Origin: Eledone cirrhosa
Lineage: Eukaryota
NCBI GenBank assembly: GCA_964016885.1
Contig: OZ024754.1
Span: 2,480,001-2,544,000, forward strand
DNA length: 64,000 nt
Direction: 5' to 3'
Made by a program: the position numbers and the translations under genes. The notes beneath the pieces were generated by a model that made no database searches, had not been told where the DNA came from, and saw nothing but the letters and a program-made list of their open reading frames with translations. Below are positions 60,435 to 64,000 of the stretch, one piece after another. Position 1 is the first letter of the stretch. Every line of letters starts with the position of its first letter.

Positions 60435-60638
60435 GCAAAAGAAGTTACGCCATTAATGTTTCTGAAAGTGAGAACTGTCTGAAGAGATCATATCTAAAAA
60501 TTATTACATAACAGATACCATCGAAATACGTAATGATTGATATGGAATGTCTATATATATATATATATATAATTTACAGATATGATCTCTTCAGACAGTT
60601 CTCACTTTCAGAAACATGAATGGCGTAACTTCTTTTGC
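60435..60638. repeat. Inverted repeat (~68-bp arms) overlapping a degenerate hammerhead-like motif
   Basis: GCAAAAGAAGTTACGCCATT.ATGTTTCTGAAAGTGAGAACTGTCTGAAGAGATCATATCT mirrored at 60571-60638. Confidence 0.9.
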
Positions 60639-61476
60639 ATGTATATATATATACATGCATACATATATGGGGGGAGGGTCAGTAATGACTATTGTTTTGA
60701 TTTGTTTTCATACACCTGATGAGCAGATCGATACTGGTATCAGCTCTACTCTATCAAACCGACTTAGAAATATATGTAACATTCGATATCCGATAAAAAT
60801 AAAATATCTTATAGTCTAATGAAACTTGGTTATAACATATATATATATATATATATATAAAGATATATATATAAACATATATATATAAACACACATATAT
60901 ATATATATAAACATATATATATATAAACACACATATATATATATAAACATATATATATATAAACATATATATATATAAACATATATATATATAAATAAAC
61001 ATATATATATATAAACATATATATAAACATATATATATATATATATATATAAACATATATATATAAACATATATATATAAACATATATATATATATATAA
61101 ACATATAAACATATATATACATATATAAACATATATATATATATAAACATATATATATGCATATATATAACATATATATATATACATATATATACATATA
61201 CATATATATACATATATATACATATATATATATATATACACATATATAAACATATATATATATACATATATAAACATATATATATATATACATATATAAA
61301 CATATATATACATATATATATATAAACATATATATACATATATAATAAACATATATATACATATATATATATAAACATATATATACATATATATAAACAT
61401 ATATATACATATATATATATACATATATATACATATATATAAATATATATACATATATATATATACATATATATAC

Positions 61477-61547
<71 letters not shown>

Positions 61548-61929
61548 TATATACATATATATATATGTATATGTGTGTGTGTGTCTGTGTGATTATGCGG
61601 GCGTGTATTTGTATCTATGTATGTATACACAAGCATCTTTCACCGGAAACGAATAAAGAAAACATGGAATGAAAATAGGAGGAGGAAATAGGCGTAGATT
61701 TATCACGAAATAAGATGGAGAAGCAAATCTTTATTACTATTTATATAACATATTTGCTTTACTCATCGTTTCGGAAATTAGCCTTCACCACCCTCAAAAC
61801 ATATAGAGTCATATACTATTATAAATATTATTATTGTTGTTTTTAGTGTAATTGTAATCAGTCATCGTAATTTTAAAGCAGAGTATGTTTTAATATATCA
61901 CATCGAACTCTGTGCCACAGAGTTGGGTT

Positions 61930-62535
61930 AGCAGGTGATAGAGCGCCGCTCCCCCGGGTACAGATGTGAAACTCTATGACTATTATTACCTGTAAATTCA
62001 CCTTAGTGTACTAGAGACCTTAATTGCTCTACAAATCATGCCCTTTAGTTTGTCTAGATCTTATTTAGGGTCAGAGCCAGATTTAGATCTTGGGGCCCGG
62101 GGCATTTCAGATTTGAGGGACCCATCATACACAAACATTAGAATACACAGCAGCCCCAACAATGTATATATCAATGTTAGCTTGGAGCAAGTAATTGGAA
62201 TTGAAAGGTTATATATACAGGTATTAAATTCAAAGATTTCTAACCATCCTAAAACTAAAAAGTCCAGCTGAGGGCACAAACAAATTGCTACGGCCTTCGC
62301 TGGTGAACCCTCCACCCCCACTGCAGGGAACCACGGGGTAATAGCCTCCTTTGCTCCCCATTAAATACGGCTCTGGGCTTAATTGAGGGAACAGGGTGAT
62401 AGAAACGTACATCCCCGTGTGTAGATGTGACAGTCTATAACTAGTATACCTGTAAATGCTATTCACCTAGGTGTAGTGGAGACCTTTACTGCGCTACAAA
62501 ACCTGCCCTCTAGTTTGTCTAGATCTTGTTTCGGG
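61930..62535. repeat. Diverged ~140-bp direct repeats about 460 bp apart
   Basis: AGATGTGA...ACCTGTAAAT...GAGACCTT...CTACAAA...TGCCCT.TAGTTTGTCTAGATCTT at about 61930-62070 and 62390-62535. Confidence 0.75.
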
Positions 62536-63081
62536 TTGTCTATTTAAATCTGATGATGATGTCTACGTCTTTAAACGTGAGATATCTTGATTCAATAATC
62601 CTATCCTGGACTCGCAGTTTCGATTCCAGGTGTTATTATATACAGTATATGTGACCTTGTTGGACTGAGGTTCCATCTCTCCTGAATCTCTGACACACTC
62701 CTTCATTTGTCTTCTCCCTCTTCAACATACATACCCCCACCAAAGCAGACCAATGTTTTGGGGGTATGGAAGGGCAATGCTCCCTTTTCTCGTTGGCAGT
62801 TACCAGATGCTCGGAAACAAAATACGCTGAAAATTACCATCTATATTATGTTTGTTATTGATGTAGTTGTTGTTGTTGGTTTATAGTCTTATAGTCTTTC
62901 ATTTGATCCTAATGTTCTTAAGTCAGGTGAGGACCTTTTAGTATTGTACTCTTTGACCTTCTAACACAAATTTCATCACAGGTGATGACGGAGTACAGAA
63001 ATATAAGAGGATAGAATTGATGTTGTTTATAAATGAGATGGATGACTATTTCTATCTCATCCACACGCGCGCACACACACA

Positions 63082-63153
<72 letters not shown>

Positions 63154-63790
63154 AACACATACACACACAGACAAACACAGGCACACACACACAAACACAT
63201 ACACAGGCACATACACACACTCACAGACAGACGGATACACACACACACACACGTGCACGTGCAGATGTCGGTAATTCCACATAGAAAATTAACACGCACA
63301 GTCACACACACACACACATGCATTTGAACGATGTTAGTAATTACACATACGTACATATTAATTTACCCGCACACACATGCACGCACATGCACGTGCAGAT
63401 GTCGGTAATTATGCATATACATTAACATACACCCTCACACACACACACACATGAAACACAGGAAAATGTATTTTTAATTAAATAGACGGCCTATACTTAA
63501 GGAGAACGATAAGTAAGTAGAATATGTTGTGTATGTAACATGTGTGTAAACACACTGCATTAGTGTTCCTGTTTGTATACATAACAAATTCAAATTTGAT
63601 CCTCTATATAAATTAAAAAGTATTTTTTTTATATTCAAATTTAAATTCCCGTACTATGTTTAGACACAGTAAGGGTGGACTCCGTTATGTTTTAATGTTA
63701 AAAAAAAAAAATCACCAGATGTCACCACGTAACACCTACGTTTCCGCTGGGAGTTAAAGGCTCAGGGAAGAAATAGATGGAAGGTAAATT

Positions 63791-63975
63791 TAATTGTTTC
63801 TAATTTTGGCACAAGGCCAGCAATTATCCAGTACATTACTGGTACTTTATTTTATCGACCCCGTAAGGATGAAAGGCAAAGTTAACCTCGGCGGGATTTG
63901 AACTCAGACCGTGAAGGGACGTAACTATGCCGTAAAGCATGACGTCTGACCCTCTACCGATACTGCCAATTCACC
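63791..63975 (-). mobile_element. Main-family SINE, near full length
   Basis: Reverse complement of the consensus. Confidence 0.9.
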
Positions 63976-64000
63976 TATTAGACAATGTACTAGTTAAGGG

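Noticed and set aside
60714-60790. CTGATGA followed by a hairpin
   Set aside because: No correctly placed GAAA or stems I/III
61745-61795. Minus-strand GTGGTGAAGG...CCGAAACG
   Set aside because: Core too degenerate to call a hammerhead

Overview
AT-rich, gene-poor eukaryotic DNA with very dense (TA)n/(CA)n/(GA)n/(GAT)n microsatellites. The repeat landscape suggests a cephalopod such as Octopus (inference). I find no supportable host protein-coding gene; almost all listed ORFs are microsatellite translations. Identifiable content: about 18 copies of one tRNA-derived SINE, remnants of an R4/Dong-like LINE, an L1/Tx1-like LINE inserted in (GATA)n, Tc1/mariner remnants, a hAT-like MITE carrying two inverted tRNA-like cassettes, and several minisatellites. 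The most notable signal is a set of short, non-coding, (TA)n-abutting elements from several families. They carry minimal type I hammerhead ribozyme motifs (CUGANGA...GAAA, palindromic stem III) of the kind known from Penelope-like retroelements and retrozymes, and they coincide repeatedly with fold-back inverted duplications. All pairing was done by eye, so coordinates may be off by a few bases.
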